This document shows, in pieces, positions 45,541 through 55,711 of a stretch of 64,000 bases of DNA; positions within the stretch are counted from its first letter, which is position 1; each line of letters opens with the position of its first letter. The stretch comes from Pedobacter sp. (lineage in GTDB: Bacteria; Bacteroidota; Bacteroidia; Sphingobacteriales; Sphingobacteriaceae): positions 1,031-65,030 of the forward strand of contig NZ_JAZQNU010000050.1 of assembly GCF_045627485.1 (NCBI RefSeq), read 5' to 3'. The translations under genes were made by a program, and so were the position numbers. The notes beneath the pieces are model-generated. The model had not been told where the DNA came from and made no database searches. It was given only the letters and a program-made list of their open reading frames with translations.

Positions 45541-46494
45541 ATGTTAAATAGAAGGCACTTAAGAATTAAAGCTTTGCAAAATATTTTTGCTTGGCAAATG
45601 ACAGATAAAAAAGATCTGGAATCATCGAAAAAAGCTTTGATGAAAAGCATTGACGATGTATACGAAATGTATGCACGTATGCTTGCACTGCTTTCAGAGA
45701 TCACTGAATACGTAGCTATCGACACTATTGAAAGGGCAAATAAGCACTTTCCTACTGAGGAGGATCTTAATCCGAATGAAAAGCTGCTTAACAACAAGTT
45801 TATCGTATTGTTAAAACAGAATCCTGCATTTCAGGCTGCTGTTAATAAATACCAGATTAACTGGCATGCCGATCCTGAATTCGTAAAAGAAATCTATAAT
45901 AAGCTAAAAGCCACTCCGGAATACGCAGCTTATTTAGCGGCGGAAGACAACGAGGGACTGGAAGAATCCAAAGAAATCATTAAGTTCATTTTTAGAAAAA
46001 TTATCCTTAAAAGTCAGAATGTAATACAGGCTTTTGAAGATAAATTCATCAACTGGTCGGTTGATAAAGAAGTGATGCAGGGTATGGTTGCCAAAACTAT
46101 TAAAAACTTTACCTCAGAAGATCCTTTAGCAAACAAGTTAACGCCTATTAGTCCGGATTGGGCAGAGGACAGTAAATTTGTACAGGATTTATTTGTGCAA
46201 ACATTAAAAAACAACAACAAATACCAGGAGTTAATTGCAGAGCGCACTAAAAACTGGGAATCTGAGCGTATTGCACTTATGGATACCATTTTAATGAAAA
46301 TGGCGATATGTGAACTGTTGAATTTCCCATCTATACCGGTTAAAGTAACTATCAATGAATACCTTGATCTTTCAAAAGATTACAGTACTCCGAAAAGTAA
46401 TTCTTTTATAAACGGTATATTGGATAAAATTTTAGGCGATTTAAAACGTACCGACAGCATTAAAAAGATTGGTAGGGGTTTAATAGAAGAATAA
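45541..46494 (+). CDS. nusB: Transcription antitermination factor NusB (Bacteroidota long form)
   Basis: MLNRRHLRIK, IPVKVTINEYLDLSKDYSTPKSNSFINGILD. Confidence 0.95.
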   Translation: MLNRRHLRIKALQNIFAWQMTDKKDLESSKKALMKSIDDVYEMYARMLALLSEITEYVAIDTIERANKHFPTEEDLNPNEKLLNNKFIVLLKQNPAFQAAVNKYQINWHADPEFVKEIYNKLKATPEYAAYLAAEDNEGLEESKEIIKFIFRKIILKSQNVIQAFEDKFINWSVDKEVMQGMVAKTIKNFTSEDPLANKLTPISPDWAEDSKFVQDLFVQTLKNNNKYQELIAERTKNWESERIALMDTILMKMAICELLNFPSIPVKVTINEYLDLSKDYSTPKSNSFINGILDKILGDLKRTDSIKKIGRGLIEE

Positions 46495-46497
46495 AAC

Positions 46498-46941
46498 ATG
46501 AAAAAATATTATTTTATTTTAGGCTTGGCAGGAGTGATTTTTACTTCATGCCAGCAGAATACAGCAAAAGAGACTGATCAATCGGCCTCTACAGAAATCA
46601 CTTCGTCTGCAACGCCATCGGCAGATGCCCCTGTAATGGTTTTTGAAAAGGACAGTTATGATTTCGGTAAGATTAAACAAGGGGAGAGTATTCAGTATGC
46701 CTTTAAGTTTAAGAACACAGGAAAAACACCATTAATTATTAAAAACGCTACTGCTACTTGTGGTTGTACTGTTCCTGAACCACCTAAAGATCCTATTCTA
46801 CCAGGTGCAGAAGGTACGATTAATGTGGTTTTTAACAGCGCTGGAAAGATTGGCGTTCAAGATAAGATCATTACCATTACTTCTAATGGCAATCCCGCAA
46901 TAAATGAGGTTCATTTAATAGGGGAAATTACACAACCATAA
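46498..46941 (+). CDS. DUF1573 domain lipoprotein
   Basis: Lipobox FTSC; F.FKNTG..PL.I...TATCGCT.P. Confidence 0.93.
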   Translation: MKKYYFILGLAGVIFTSCQQNTAKETDQSASTEITSSATPSADAPVMVFEKDSYDFGKIKQGESIQYAFKFKNTGKTPLIIKNATATCGCTVPEPPKDPILPGAEGTINVVFNSAGKIGVQDKIITITSNGNPAINEVHLIGEITQP

Positions 46942-46965
46942 ATTAACATAAAATAAACAGAACAA

Positions 46966-47283
46966 ATGATGACATCAGTAGTAATTTTACAAGCAGGAGG
47001 AACCGGTGGAATGTTAGGAACCCTAGTTCCTATGGTATTAATCATGGTCGTGTTTTACTTTTTCATGATCAGACCACAGGTTAAAAAAGCAAAAGACCAT
47101 AAAAAATTAATCACTGAATTACAAAAAGGCGATAAAGTTGTGACTACAGCAGGTATTCATGGTAAAATTGTCGATATGAACGAAACTACTTTCCTTATTG
47201 AAGTTGAAGGTGGAACAAAAATCAGATTTGATAAGACAGCAATTTCATTAGATGCAACAAAAGCTGCTGCACCTAAGGCATAA
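46966..47283 (+). CDS. yajC: Preprotein translocase subunit YajC
   Basis: FYFFMIRPQ, LQKGDKVVT.AGIHG. Confidence 0.97.
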   Translation: MMTSVVILQAGGTGGMLGTLVPMVLIMVVFYFFMIRPQVKKAKDHKKLITELQKGDKVVTTAGIHGKIVDMNETTFLIEVEGGTKIRFDKTAISLDATKAAAPKA

Positions 47284-47300
47284 TACAAATAATAGAATTG

Positions 47301-47331
47301 AGCCGCGCCAGTAACTGGCGCGGCTTTTTTT
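47301..47331 (+). terminator. Intrinsic terminator
   Basis: AGCCGCGCCAG-taa-CTGGCGCGGCT plus T tract. Confidence 0.9.
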
Positions 47332-47354
47332 GTTAAATTTGTTTACATTACATT

Positions 47355-48302
47355 ATGCCGATCATCAAATTAACGAATATCGAAAGGAAACGTTTTCTTG
47401 CTTTAGTTGTCTGCCTGCTCTTAGCCATAGGGGGGTGGCTTTTTCTTGCCTTGAACAACAAATACATTTATACGGCAAAAACAGTACTGGTCTACACCAA
47501 TTTTCCTCAGAAAAAGGCCTTTCATCCTTTACAATCCGATACTGTTGATCTGCAGGTGGAAGGGTCCGGCTGGCAATTACTCTTCTCCAGGTTAAGGATC
47601 AAACCTCAGTCTATTGCTATCAGTCTGGAAAAGCTAAACAACCGCAACTATATCCTTTTCTCCGAACAATTGTATAATGTAAACAATCAGTTAGAAACAT
47701 CACAGAAAATTATATCGGTGCGGCCGGACACGCTCTATTTCGATTTTTCGCAACGATCAGTTAAAAAAGTGCCTGTGGAACTCGTTTCACATATTGAATT
47801 TACTAAACAGTATGGGATATCCTCCGTTATCGACATTAACCCCAGTCATGTCACCGTATCAGGCCCATTTAAGGAGCTGGAGAAAATCACATCCTGGAAA
47901 ACTGATACACTCAAACTGACGAAAATTCAACATGCAGTGAAAACAAGGGTGGCGATGGCGCACAGTGACTTAAAAAATGTCAACATTTTTCCAGCCTCAG
48001 TAGAAGTAAGGATTCCGGTAGATGAATTTACTGAGAAAACCCTTGAGGTTCCATTAAAGGTTATAAATAACAAGTCTTACCACAATGTTAAACTCTATCC
48101 TAAAAAGGTAAAACTTACTTTTCTTGTGGCACTGTCAAGTTATAAACAGGTAAACGAAGATTTCATTGAAGCTGTGGTGGATTTAAATGAATGGAAACAG
48201 TTAAATCACCACCAGTTGATGGTTACGCTAACCCGTTTTCCGGAATACTGTAAGTTAATTAAGATTGAACCCTCAAAGGTTGATTTTATTATAGATAAAT
48301 AA
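47355..48302 (+). CDS. YbbR/CdaR-like domain protein
   Basis: N-terminal TM; KKVPVEL..P..VTVSGP; usual position upstream of coaE in Bacteroidota. Confidence 0.8.
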   Translation: MPIIKLTNIERKRFLALVVCLLLAIGGWLFLALNNKYIYTAKTVLVYTNFPQKKAFHPLQSDTVDLQVEGSGWQLLFSRLRIKPQSIAISLEKLNNRNYILFSEQLYNVNNQLETSQKIISVRPDTLYFDFSQRSVKKVPVELVSHIEFTKQYGISSVIDINPSHVTVSGPFKELEKITSWKTDTLKLTKIQHAVKTRVAMAHSDLKNVNIFPASVEVRIPVDEFTEKTLEVPLKVINNKSYHNVKLYPKKVKLTFLVALSSYKQVNEDFIEAVVDLNEWKQLNHHQLMVTLTRFPEYCKLIKIEPSKVDFIIDK

Positions 48303-48304
48303 AC

Positions 48305-48892
48305 ATGTTAAAAATAGGAATAACCGGTGGCATAGGAAGTGGGAAAACTACGGTTTGCCGGGTTTTTGAAACACTGGGTATACCTGTGTTTTACGCAGAT
48401 GATGTTGCCAAAGACATTATGGTAACAGATTCTTTGCTAATAGAAGGTGTAAAGAATGCTTTTGGTGAGGAGAGTTACCTGGAACATCAGGTATTAAATA
48501 GAGGGCATATTGCACAAATTGTATTTAATAACGACACTGAATTAGCCAAATTAAATGCACTAGTTCATCCCGCAGTATTCCGTGCTTTTGATCAATGGGT
48601 TGCTGAAGTTCCGGCACACACACCTTATATTTTAAAAGAAGCGGCCCTGTTGTTTGAAAGTGATTCCTATAAAATGTGCGATAAAACCATCGTCGTGATA
48701 GCACCGCTTTCCTTAAAAAAGAAACGCGTGATGTTACGCGATCAGGTTACGGAGGCCCAAGTGCAAGCACGTATAGACAAACAGTTCAGTGACGAACAGA
48801 AAATTAAAATGGCCGATTTTTTAATTCATAACGAGGAATCATCTTCCATCATTCTACAGGTGCTTACCTTGCATGAACGGTTTATAAAATAG
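48305..48892 (+). CDS. coaE: Dephospho-CoA kinase
   Basis: IGITGGIGSGKT, LNALVHP, EAALLFE. Confidence 0.97.
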   Translation: MLKIGITGGIGSGKTTVCRVFETLGIPVFYADDVAKDIMVTDSLLIEGVKNAFGEESYLEHQVLNRGHIAQIVFNNDTELAKLNALVHPAVFRAFDQWVAEVPAHTPYILKEAALLFESDSYKMCDKTIVVIAPLSLKKKRVMLRDQVTEAQVQARIDKQFSDEQKIKMADFLIHNEESSSIILQVLTLHERFIK

Positions 48893-48897
48893 AATAC

Positions 48898-49839
48898 ATG
48901 ATATTAGATGATTTTATAGTACAGACAAAAAAAGGTTTGTATTGTGTGTATGGCGATTTCTATTTAGACCCCAAAGAACCCGTTAAAGAAGCTGTTATTT
49001 CTCATGCCCATGGCGATCATGCTTATCCGGGAAATACTAATGTGTACTGTACCGCATCAACTTCCTTGTTTATGAAACATCGTTACAGGGAAAATGCTGC
49101 CAATCAGTTTTTTATTAAAGGCTATCAGGAAAATTTCAGGATTAATGACGTGGACATTAATTTTATACCTGCGGGGCATATCCTTGGCTCTGCGCAGGTT
49201 TTAATAACTTATAAAGGCATCCGTTACCTGTACACCGGTGATTTCAAGCTGCAGCCCGACCCTACCTGTGAGCCCTTTATATTTGCTCAGGCGGATGTGC
49301 TGATCACCGAAACTACTTTTGCACACCCTGAAACGCAGCATCCCGATCCGGAAACAGAAATATTAAAGCTAAATACAACCAGCAACAACATTATGCTCGG
49401 CGCTTACGTGTTGGGGAAGAGCCAGCGTCTGATTGAGCTGATTAATCGCTATTGTGTTGAAAAAAGGATACTCGTGCACCACAGCCTGCTTCCTTTCCTA
49501 CGGATATATGAACAACAAGGTATCGTAATGGGTACGTATCAACTTTTTGACAAACGCCTGCTTAAAAACAACAATAACATCATTTATGTTGTACCACCCA
49601 TGGTCTACAACAGCAACATCAAAACATTTAACGTTGTAAAAGTATTTGCCAGTGGCTGGAAAGACTTACAGCGCAACAACCAGATTCAGCTTTATGTGTC
49701 TGATCACGCTGATTGGAACGATATCATTTACACCATTGACCAGGTAAAACCAACAGAGGTTTGGACCACACATGGAAGCGGTTCACATCTGATTTCACAT
49801 TTTGGAAAAAGTTTGGTCGTGAAATTGCTTAATGGATGA
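48898..49839 (+). CDS. MBL/beta-CASP-type exonuclease (ligase-associated DNA damage response exonuclease-like)
   Basis: SHAHGDH, PAGHILGSAQ, YTGD, ITETTF, SDHADW, THG. Confidence 0.85.
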   Translation: MILDDFIVQTKKGLYCVYGDFYLDPKEPVKEAVISHAHGDHAYPGNTNVYCTASTSLFMKHRYRENAANQFFIKGYQENFRINDVDINFIPAGHILGSAQVLITYKGIRYLYTGDFKLQPDPTCEPFIFAQADVLITETTFAHPETQHPDPETEILKLNTTSNNIMLGAYVLGKSQRLIELINRYCVEKRILVHHSLLPFLRIYEQQGIVMGTYQLFDKRLLKNNNNIIYVVPPMVYNSNIKTFNVVKVFASGWKDLQRNNQIQLYVSDHADWNDIIYTIDQVKPTEVWTTHGSGSHLISHFGKSLVVKLLNG

Positions 49840-49991
49840 TAGAAGGAGTAGACTTTTATTTTAACGATGCCGGTTTAATGGTTTTTACCGCGCACTACCA
49901 CCTGAAACGCGGGAAATGCTGCAAAAATAAATGCTTGCATTGCCCATGGAAATACGGACAAAGAGAAAAGGATAACCAGAAGAAGCGATAA
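49836..49991 (+). CDS. DUF5522-like Cys-rich small protein (51 aa), not in ORF track
   Basis: MIEGVDFYFNDAGLMVFTAHYHLKRGKCCKNKCLHCPWKYGQREKDNQKKR; ATGA overlap with the upstream stop. Confidence 0.88.
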   Translation: MIEGVDFYFNDAGLMVFTAHYHLKRGKCCKNKCLHCPWKYGQREKDNQKKR

Positions 49992-50002
49992 GGTCGAACC
50001 CC

Positions 50003-50452
50003 ATGCAAGTACAAGAAGATATAAATACTGTGAAATATGAAAATATTTTCCAGCAAGGTGCCCTGAAAATTACAACCATCCATCATTGGCTCAACAACCA
50101 GATGCGCGATAAATTGTCGCCATTTGATCTCACTGTGCAACAATATCATGTATTACGCATCTTGCAACGTGACTTTCCAAAGCCGGCTACCATTAACCTG
50201 ATCAAAACAAGGATGCTCGATAAAATGAGTGATGCTTCCAGAATTGTAGAACGGTTAATTCAAAAGCACCTGGTGATTAAATCCAATAACTTAAACGACC
50301 GTCGTGCTACAGATATTAACCTTTCTCCAGCAGGACTTGAACTGCTTGCCGATATCGATAAATTGTCAATCGTCGAGCAGCTGCTCACCGACAAATTAAC
50401 AGCAACTGAGGCAGAACAGCTAAACCTCCTGCTCGATAAAATCCGTGCTTAA
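50003..50452 (+). CDS. MarR family transcriptional regulator
   Basis: LTVQQYHVLRIL, SDASRIVERL, DRRATDINLSPAG. Confidence 0.93.
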   Translation: MQVQEDINTVKYENIFQQGALKITTIHHWLNNQMRDKLSPFDLTVQQYHVLRILQRDFPKPATINLIKTRMLDKMSDASRIVERLIQKHLVIKSNNLNDRRATDINLSPAGLELLADIDKLSIVEQLLTDKLTATEAEQLNLLLDKIRA

Positions 50453-51168
50453 TGTCCGGTAACGAAGAAACCGAGTAACCCAATAGCCGTTCCAGTTAAC
50501 ACTGCAATCATCTTTTTCTTGTTGATTTTATGGTCTACACTAGACTCAAATAAGATGGTTGTTGAGATGTGCAGGAATATCCCGATAACAACGCCCATCA
50601 TTTTATTGAAATAAGCTTCTACACCACCAATTGTTCCATTACTCAACCCTGTACTTACATAAAAACCCAGTGGGGCCATTACCGCGAAAACAGCGATGTA
50701 GAACAAGATGGTGGCCGGTTTAAAATGACTTTGCAATAGAATGCTGGCGAGGGCAAATGCTGCCGGAATATGGTGCAATGCTATACCAAAAATTAGCTCG
50801 TTATGCTGGTCTTTAGCCAAAGGCATACCTTCTACAAAGGCGTGTAAACACAAACTGATCATAATGCCATAAGGAAAAACATTATTGTGTTCGTGTTTAT
50901 GGATATGCCCATGTTCTACCCCCTCAGAAAACTTTTCCAGGAATACCTGTAAAAGGAAACCAATCAAGATAAAAATTCCAATTTCATGGGCATCTGTTCC
51001 ACTATACGCTTCAGGAATGAGGTAGAGTACGGTGATTGCAAAAAGATAGGCACCACTAAAAGAGAGGATAAGTTTTAATGATTCCGACTTGTCACTTTTT
51101 ACCAGGAAGATCGCAGATCCGCCGAAAAAAGCACTAAAGAATAAAACAAGCAATTTCCAGATTTCCAT
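50449..51168 (-). CDS. ZIP family zinc/metal transporter
   Basis: His-rich loop HGHIHKHEH, LHAFVEG, LHHIPAA. Confidence 0.9.
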   Translation of the reverse strand: MEIWKLLVLFFSAFFGGSAIFLVKSDKSESLKLILSFSGAYLFAITVLYLIPEAYSGTDAHEIGIFILIGFLLQVFLEKFSEGVEHGHIHKHEHNNVFPYGIMISLCLHAFVEGMPLAKDQHNELIFGIALHHIPAAFALASILLQSHFKPATILFYIAVFAVMAPLGFYVSTGLSNGTIGGVEAYFNKMMGVVIGIFLHISTTILFESSVDHKINKKKMIAVLTGTAIGLLGFFVTGH

Positions 51169-51731
51169 TATAATTGTTGTTGTGTTTTTTTATAGAGTTT
51201 GGAAGTGAAAAATCCAATCATCGTACCTAAAATTGCCCCGCACATCACATCTACAGGATAATGTACACCCACATAGATCTGTGAAAAGCTGATGATAACG
51301 GCCCAAAAAATGCCGATGGGTAATATCGGTTTCCAGCGGCCATAAAAAACCATAATCAGGAAAACAGCGATCGCAAAATGATTGGTTGCATGTGCCGAAG
51401 GGAAGCTGTAACCACTACCACAGCCCACGCGATGGATAATATCCTCTGCGAGGCTTAAGTCGTTACATGGCCGTAACCTGCCCGCAAGTGGTTTAATTAT
51501 TCGGGAGGCTGTCAGATCGCCAATTGCAAAAGTTAACAGGAGGAAACCGACAATATAAACACCTTGTTTTTTATACTCTCTTATACAGAAAATGATGATA
51601 AACAGGTATAATGGCGCCCAAAAATATCTGTTGCGCATTAAAGGCATCAACCAATCAAAAAAGTTGTTGGCCAATCCCCTGTGTATCGATAAAAACAGGT
51701 CCGTGTCAAATTCCAATAAACCGCCTATCAT
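51168..51731 (-). CDS. PAP2 family phosphatase
   Basis: K...RLRP, SFPSAHA, SQIYVGVHYPVDV. Confidence 0.93.
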   Translation of the reverse strand: MIGGLLEFDTDLFLSIHRGLANNFFDWLMPLMRNRYFWAPLYLFIIIFCIREYKKQGVYIVGFLLLTFAIGDLTASRIIKPLAGRLRPCNDLSLAEDIIHRVGCGSGYSFPSAHATNHFAIAVFLIMVFYGRWKPILPIGIFWAVIISFSQIYVGVHYPVDVMCGAILGTMIGFFTSKLYKKTQQQL

Positions 51732-52459
51732 GTCTTTTTACAGATGAGAATTAGTCTGTCCGACTTATTTTCCTCGAAAGGATTCAAGGCATAATCACCA
51801 AAAGTCTCCACTAATTTTAAACCGCTTAAAGCAAACATTCTTTCGAAATCCTCCAATGTAAAGGCTTTTACGCGTTCTTCGAAAGCGTAGTCTTTCCCTT
51901 TATGTTCAAAATTGATATGCTTAATGATCTTGCCGTCAGACACGAATTTCTTAATCTGAAATTCTATCCCATCTACGGTTTTTATTTCCTGGTGGGTTAA
52001 GTTTCTTAGAATTTTCAGCGTATTGAAGTAATCAATAACAACCGTTCCGTCTTCTTTAATTGCTTTTCTGAATGATTTTAACGCGTCGACATGATCTTTT
52101 TCCGTTTCGAAGTAGCCAAAACTTGTAAACAGGTTTAAAGCAAGGTCAAAATAATTGATATAAAGTAATTTGCGCATATCATGCACAAAAAAGCGTAAGT
52201 GTTTTTGTTCAAACTGCTGTGCATATTTAATGCTCTGTTCCGAAAGATCGATCCCAGTTACATCATAACCTTTTTTGTTAAGGTAAATTGCATGACGGCC
52301 ACGGCCACAAGCGATATCAAGGATTTTTGCATGGGCAGATGGTTTTAGGTATGCAGAAAGGTTGTCAATTAAAAATTCCGCTTCTTCATCATTGCGTTGA
52401 CTGTAAAGTATGTGATAATAAGGCGAATTAAACCAATATTGAAACCATTTTCGCTGCAT
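51728..52459 (-). CDS. Class I SAM-dependent methyltransferase
   Basis: ILDIACGRGRH, GIDLS, LFTSFGYF. -7 element TATCTTTG at 52491-52498 (minus). Confidence 0.93.
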   Translation of the reverse strand: MQRKWFQYWFNSPYYHILYSQRNDEEAEFLIDNLSAYLKPSAHAKILDIACGRGRHAIYLNKKGYDVTGIDLSEQSIKYAQQFEQKHLRFFVHDMRKLLYINYFDLALNLFTSFGYFETEKDHVDALKSFRKAIKEDGTVVIDYFNTLKILRNLTHQEIKTVDGIEFQIKKFVSDGKIIKHINFEHKGKDYAFEERVKAFTLEDFERMFALSGLKLVETFGDYALNPFEENKSDRLILICKKT

Positions 52460-52580
52460 TGCGCTGTATATTTATATTTTAAACAAAAAGCAAAGATAGT
52501 ATTTTGAATAGCATGCAAAGGGATTAATTATGATGGCCCTTAAATTTTTGCTATTTTTGGGCGATCTAAAACAACTCATT

Positions 52581-53969
52581 TTGACACTTATAAAATCTAT
52601 TTCCGGAATCCGGGGAACCATCGGCGGAATCGCTGGAAACGGCTTAACGCCAATTGATATCGTAAAATTTACTGCCGCTTACGGCACCTGGGTACTCAAC
52701 AAAACCAACATCAGGAAAATTGTTTTAGGGCGCGATGCCCGCATATCAGGGGAAATGGTTAATAACCTGGTAACCGGTACCTTGCAAGGACTTGGGATAG
52801 AGGTGATTGACCTTGGTCTTTCTACAACCCCAACGGTAGAAATTGCCGTGCCAATGGAAAAAGCTGGCGGTGGAATTATTTTAACAGCGAGCCACAACCC
52901 GAAGCAATGGAATGCGCTGAAATTATTAAACGATAAGGGCGAATTTATCAGTGATGTGGAAGGGAAAGAATTACTAGAACTTGCCGAAAGTTCAAGTTTC
53001 AATTTTGCAGAAGTAAACAATTTAGGTCGCGTAGTTTTAAACGATACCTACCTGCAGAAACATATCGAGGCAGTATTAGCCTTGCCACTAGTAGATGTTG
53101 ATGCAATTAAAGCAGCCAACTTTAAAATTGTTATCGATTGTGTAAACTCTACAGGTGGAATTTTTGTCCCTGCGCTTTTAAAGGCTTTAGGAGTAGAAAC
53201 AGTTTATGAATTGTATTGCACACCTGATGGTAACTTTCCCCACAATCCGGAGCCTTTGCCAGAAAATTTAACAGAAATTGCCAAAGTTGTACAGCAGAAG
53301 AATGCCGACCTGGGTATCGTTGTTGATCCTGATGTAGATCGTCTTGCTTTTGTATGTGAAGATGGAACTATGTTTGGTGAAGAGTATACGTTAGTAGCTG
53401 TTGCCGACTATGTTATTCAAAACACGCCAGGAAATACCGTTTCAAATTTATCTTCTACTCGTGCTTTAAGAGATGTGACGGAGAAAGCCGGCGCTGAATA
53501 CAACGCTGCGGCAGTAGGAGAGGTGAATGTAGTAAATAAAATGAAAGAAACCAATGCCGTAATTGGCGGGGAGGGTAATGGTGGAATTATTTATCCGGAA
53601 TCACATTATGGCAGAGATGCTCTAGTGGGAATTGGTTTGTTCTTAACACACCTGGCTAAATTCGGTAAATCGATCTCCTTATTGCGCAGCAGTTATCCAA
53701 ATTATCATATCTCTAAAAATAAAATTACCCTCACACCTGAAATGGACATAGATGCGTTGCTATTAAAGGTGCAGGAAAAGTATAAAGCCCAGCCTCATAG
53801 CACCATTGACGGTTTGAAAATTGAATTTGAACACCAGTGGGTTCATTTACGACGTTCTAATACAGAGCCGATCATCAGAATCTATAGCGAAGCGGAAAAT
53901 GAAAACATAGCAGAGGCTTTAGCAACTAAAATTATTACTGATATCAAAGAAATATTAAAATTGAACTAA
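52581..53969 (+). CDS. glmM: Phosphoglucosamine mutase (phosphohexomutase); TTG start
   Basis: SISGIRG, TASHNP, DPDVDR, GGEGNGG. The -7 element TATTTTTG at 52552-52559 lies inside the longer ORF-track extension and supports a start at 52581. Confidence 0.88.
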   Translation: MTLIKSISGIRGTIGGIAGNGLTPIDIVKFTAAYGTWVLNKTNIRKIVLGRDARISGEMVNNLVTGTLQGLGIEVIDLGLSTTPTVEIAVPMEKAGGGIILTASHNPKQWNALKLLNDKGEFISDVEGKELLELAESSSFNFAEVNNLGRVVLNDTYLQKHIEAVLALPLVDVDAIKAANFKIVIDCVNSTGGIFVPALLKALGVETVYELYCTPDGNFPHNPEPLPENLTEIAKVVQQKNADLGIVVDPDVDRLAFVCEDGTMFGEEYTLVAVADYVIQNTPGNTVSNLSSTRALRDVTEKAGAEYNAAAVGEVNVVNKMKETNAVIGGEGNGGIIYPESHYGRDALVGIGLFLTHLAKFGKSISLLRSSYPNYHISKNKITLTPEMDIDALLLKVQEKYKAQPHSTIDGLKIEFEHQWVHLRRSNTEPIIRIYSEAENENIAEALATKIITDIKEILKLN

Positions 53970-55120
53970 TGATGAACAGAATCTATTTAGATAATGCGGC
54001 CACTACTCCTCTTGATAAAGAGGTGCTTTCCGAGATGGTCAATGTAATGGATAACTATTATGGTAATCCATCCTCTATTCATGCCCAGGGGCGTGAAGTG
54101 AGAACATTGATTGAGAAAGCGCGTAAAACGGTAGCCGGTTTATTAAATGCTGTTCCTGCAGAGATATTCTTTACCTCAGGTGGTACTGAAGCTGATAATA
54201 CCGCTATTAGGTGTGGTATTGCTGCTTTTGGATTAAAACATGCCATAACCTCCAAATTAGAACACCATGCGGTAGAACACACGTTAGATAGTTTGTTGAA
54301 AACTGGCGTGATTGACAAAATCAGTTATGTGAATACCGATACCAAGGGTAATATCGATTATGATCATCTTGAGCAACTGTTAAAAGAAAACGAACGTTCT
54401 TTTGTCTCATTGATGCATGCCAACAACGAACTGGGCACCCTTACGGACATTGTGCGTGTCGGGGAAATCTGTGAAACGTATGATGCCATTTATCATTGTG
54501 ATACCGTACAGACCATGGGTCATTACAAACACGATGTGAGAGCACTTAAAGCACATTTTATCGTTTGTGCCGCGCATAAATTGCACGGGCCAAAAGGGGT
54601 GGGGTTCTTATATGTTAACCACAACATCAAAATCAGTCCGATGATTTTTGGTGGTGCGCAGGAAAGAAACATGCGTGGTGGAACAGAAAATATCTATGGT
54701 ATTGTTGGCCTGGCCAAAGCTCTTGAAATGGCCTATGCATCCATGGAACAACACCAGAAACATATACAGGGTCTAAAAACTTATTTAAAGGAACAGCTGC
54801 TGGCAGAAATACCAGGTATAGCCTTTAATGGCGAGCATGACCCTGAGACCAGCTTATACACTGTGCTTAACGTATCTTTCCCAGAAATGGACATGGGCGA
54901 TATGCTATTGTTTAACCTCGACATTAACGGAATTTCTGCTTCTGGTGGTAGTGCCTGTTCTTCGGGGTCAAATATTGGTTCACATGTGTTAACTGCCATT
55001 GGTGCAGATCCGGGCAGGCCATCTGTACGTTTTTCTTTCAGTAAATTGAATACGAAAGAAGAACTGGATTATGTGGTTCAGAAAGTAAAATATATTGTTG
55101 AGCAAAATGTAAATGTTTAG
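53969..55120 (+). CDS. Cysteine desulfurase (IscS/NifS class V PLP enzyme)
   Basis: YLDNAATT, GNPSS, HKLHGPKG, SGGSACSSG. Confidence 0.95.
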   Translation: MMNRIYLDNAATTPLDKEVLSEMVNVMDNYYGNPSSIHAQGREVRTLIEKARKTVAGLLNAVPAEIFFTSGGTEADNTAIRCGIAAFGLKHAITSKLEHHAVEHTLDSLLKTGVIDKISYVNTDTKGNIDYDHLEQLLKENERSFVSLMHANNELGTLTDIVRVGEICETYDAIYHCDTVQTMGHYKHDVRALKAHFIVCAAHKLHGPKGVGFLYVNHNIKISPMIFGGAQERNMRGGTENIYGIVGLAKALEMAYASMEQHQKHIQGLKTYLKEQLLAEIPGIAFNGEHDPETSLYTVLNVSFPEMDMGDMLLFNLDINGISASGGSACSSGSNIGSHVLTAIGADPGRPSVRFSFSKLNTKEELDYVVQKVKYIVEQNVNV

Positions 55121-55138
55121 CATATTTAAATACTTATC

Positions 55139-55170
55139 AAAAAGCCTTGGCAAAACGCCAAGGCTTTTTT
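55139..55170 (+). terminator. Intrinsic terminator
   Basis: AAAGCCTTGGC-aaaac-GCCAAGGCTTT plus T tract. Confidence 0.85.
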
Positions 55171-55183
55171 TATACCTTTAAAC

Positions 55184-55711
55184 ATGCCGCTACATTACCA
55201 TCGGATTCAGCACGACGACGATCCAGCGCTTGCTCTTATCAGGGACTTGTATGAAAGTGCTTTTCCTGAGCATGAGCGTCGCGACTGGGCATCATTCCTA
55301 ACGCTGATTAATGACCCACGCATGCATGTTGATGTGATTCTTGATGCGGAGCAAGCCCTTGGTTTTTTAATTTGGTGGAAGTTGAATGATTATTGCTTTA
55401 TCGAGCACTTTGCAATTTCTGAACGGGTAAGAGGTGCAGGTTACGGCTCCGAAGTCATTAAACATTTCCTGAAAGAGTCTAAGGGTAAAGTTCTGCTGGA
55501 AGTAGAGCCTCCTGGAACGCCAGATGCCGACCGAAGAATTACCTTTTATGAAAGGTTAGGTTTTGTGATCGTTAATATCGATTACAGACAACCCTCATAC
55601 GTTGAAAAAGGTCTTTCTTACCCCATGTATCTCCTTCAAAGTGGTGCAGAAAGTGAAACTGAAATAGCGAAGCTTATCCCCGTAATTCATTCAGCAGTAT
55701 ATTTTATATAA
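55184..55711 (+). CDS. GNAT family N-acetyltransferase
   Basis: YESAFP..ERR, FAISERVRGAGYGS, RRITFYERLGF. Confidence 0.9.
   Translation: MPLHYHRIQHDDDPALALIRDLYESAFPEHERRDWASFLTLINDPRMHVDVILDAEQALGFLIWWKLNDYCFIEHFAISERVRGAGYGSEVIKHFLKESKGKVLLEVEPPGTPDADRRITFYERLGFVIVNIDYRQPSYVEKGLSYPMYLLQSGAESETEIAKLIPVIHSAVYFI

Noticed and set aside
48898-49839. Metallo-beta-lactamase antibiotic resistance gene
   Set aside because: No signal peptide, and the motifs (AGHILGS, ETTF, SDHAD) are those of beta-CASP-type nucleases.
52530-52580. ORF-track N-terminal extensions (glmM 52530, DUF3276 42489, ccoH 31542, KTSC 3937)
   Set aside because: They contain -7 promoter-like elements or overlap neighbouring genes; the downstream starts match family N-termini.
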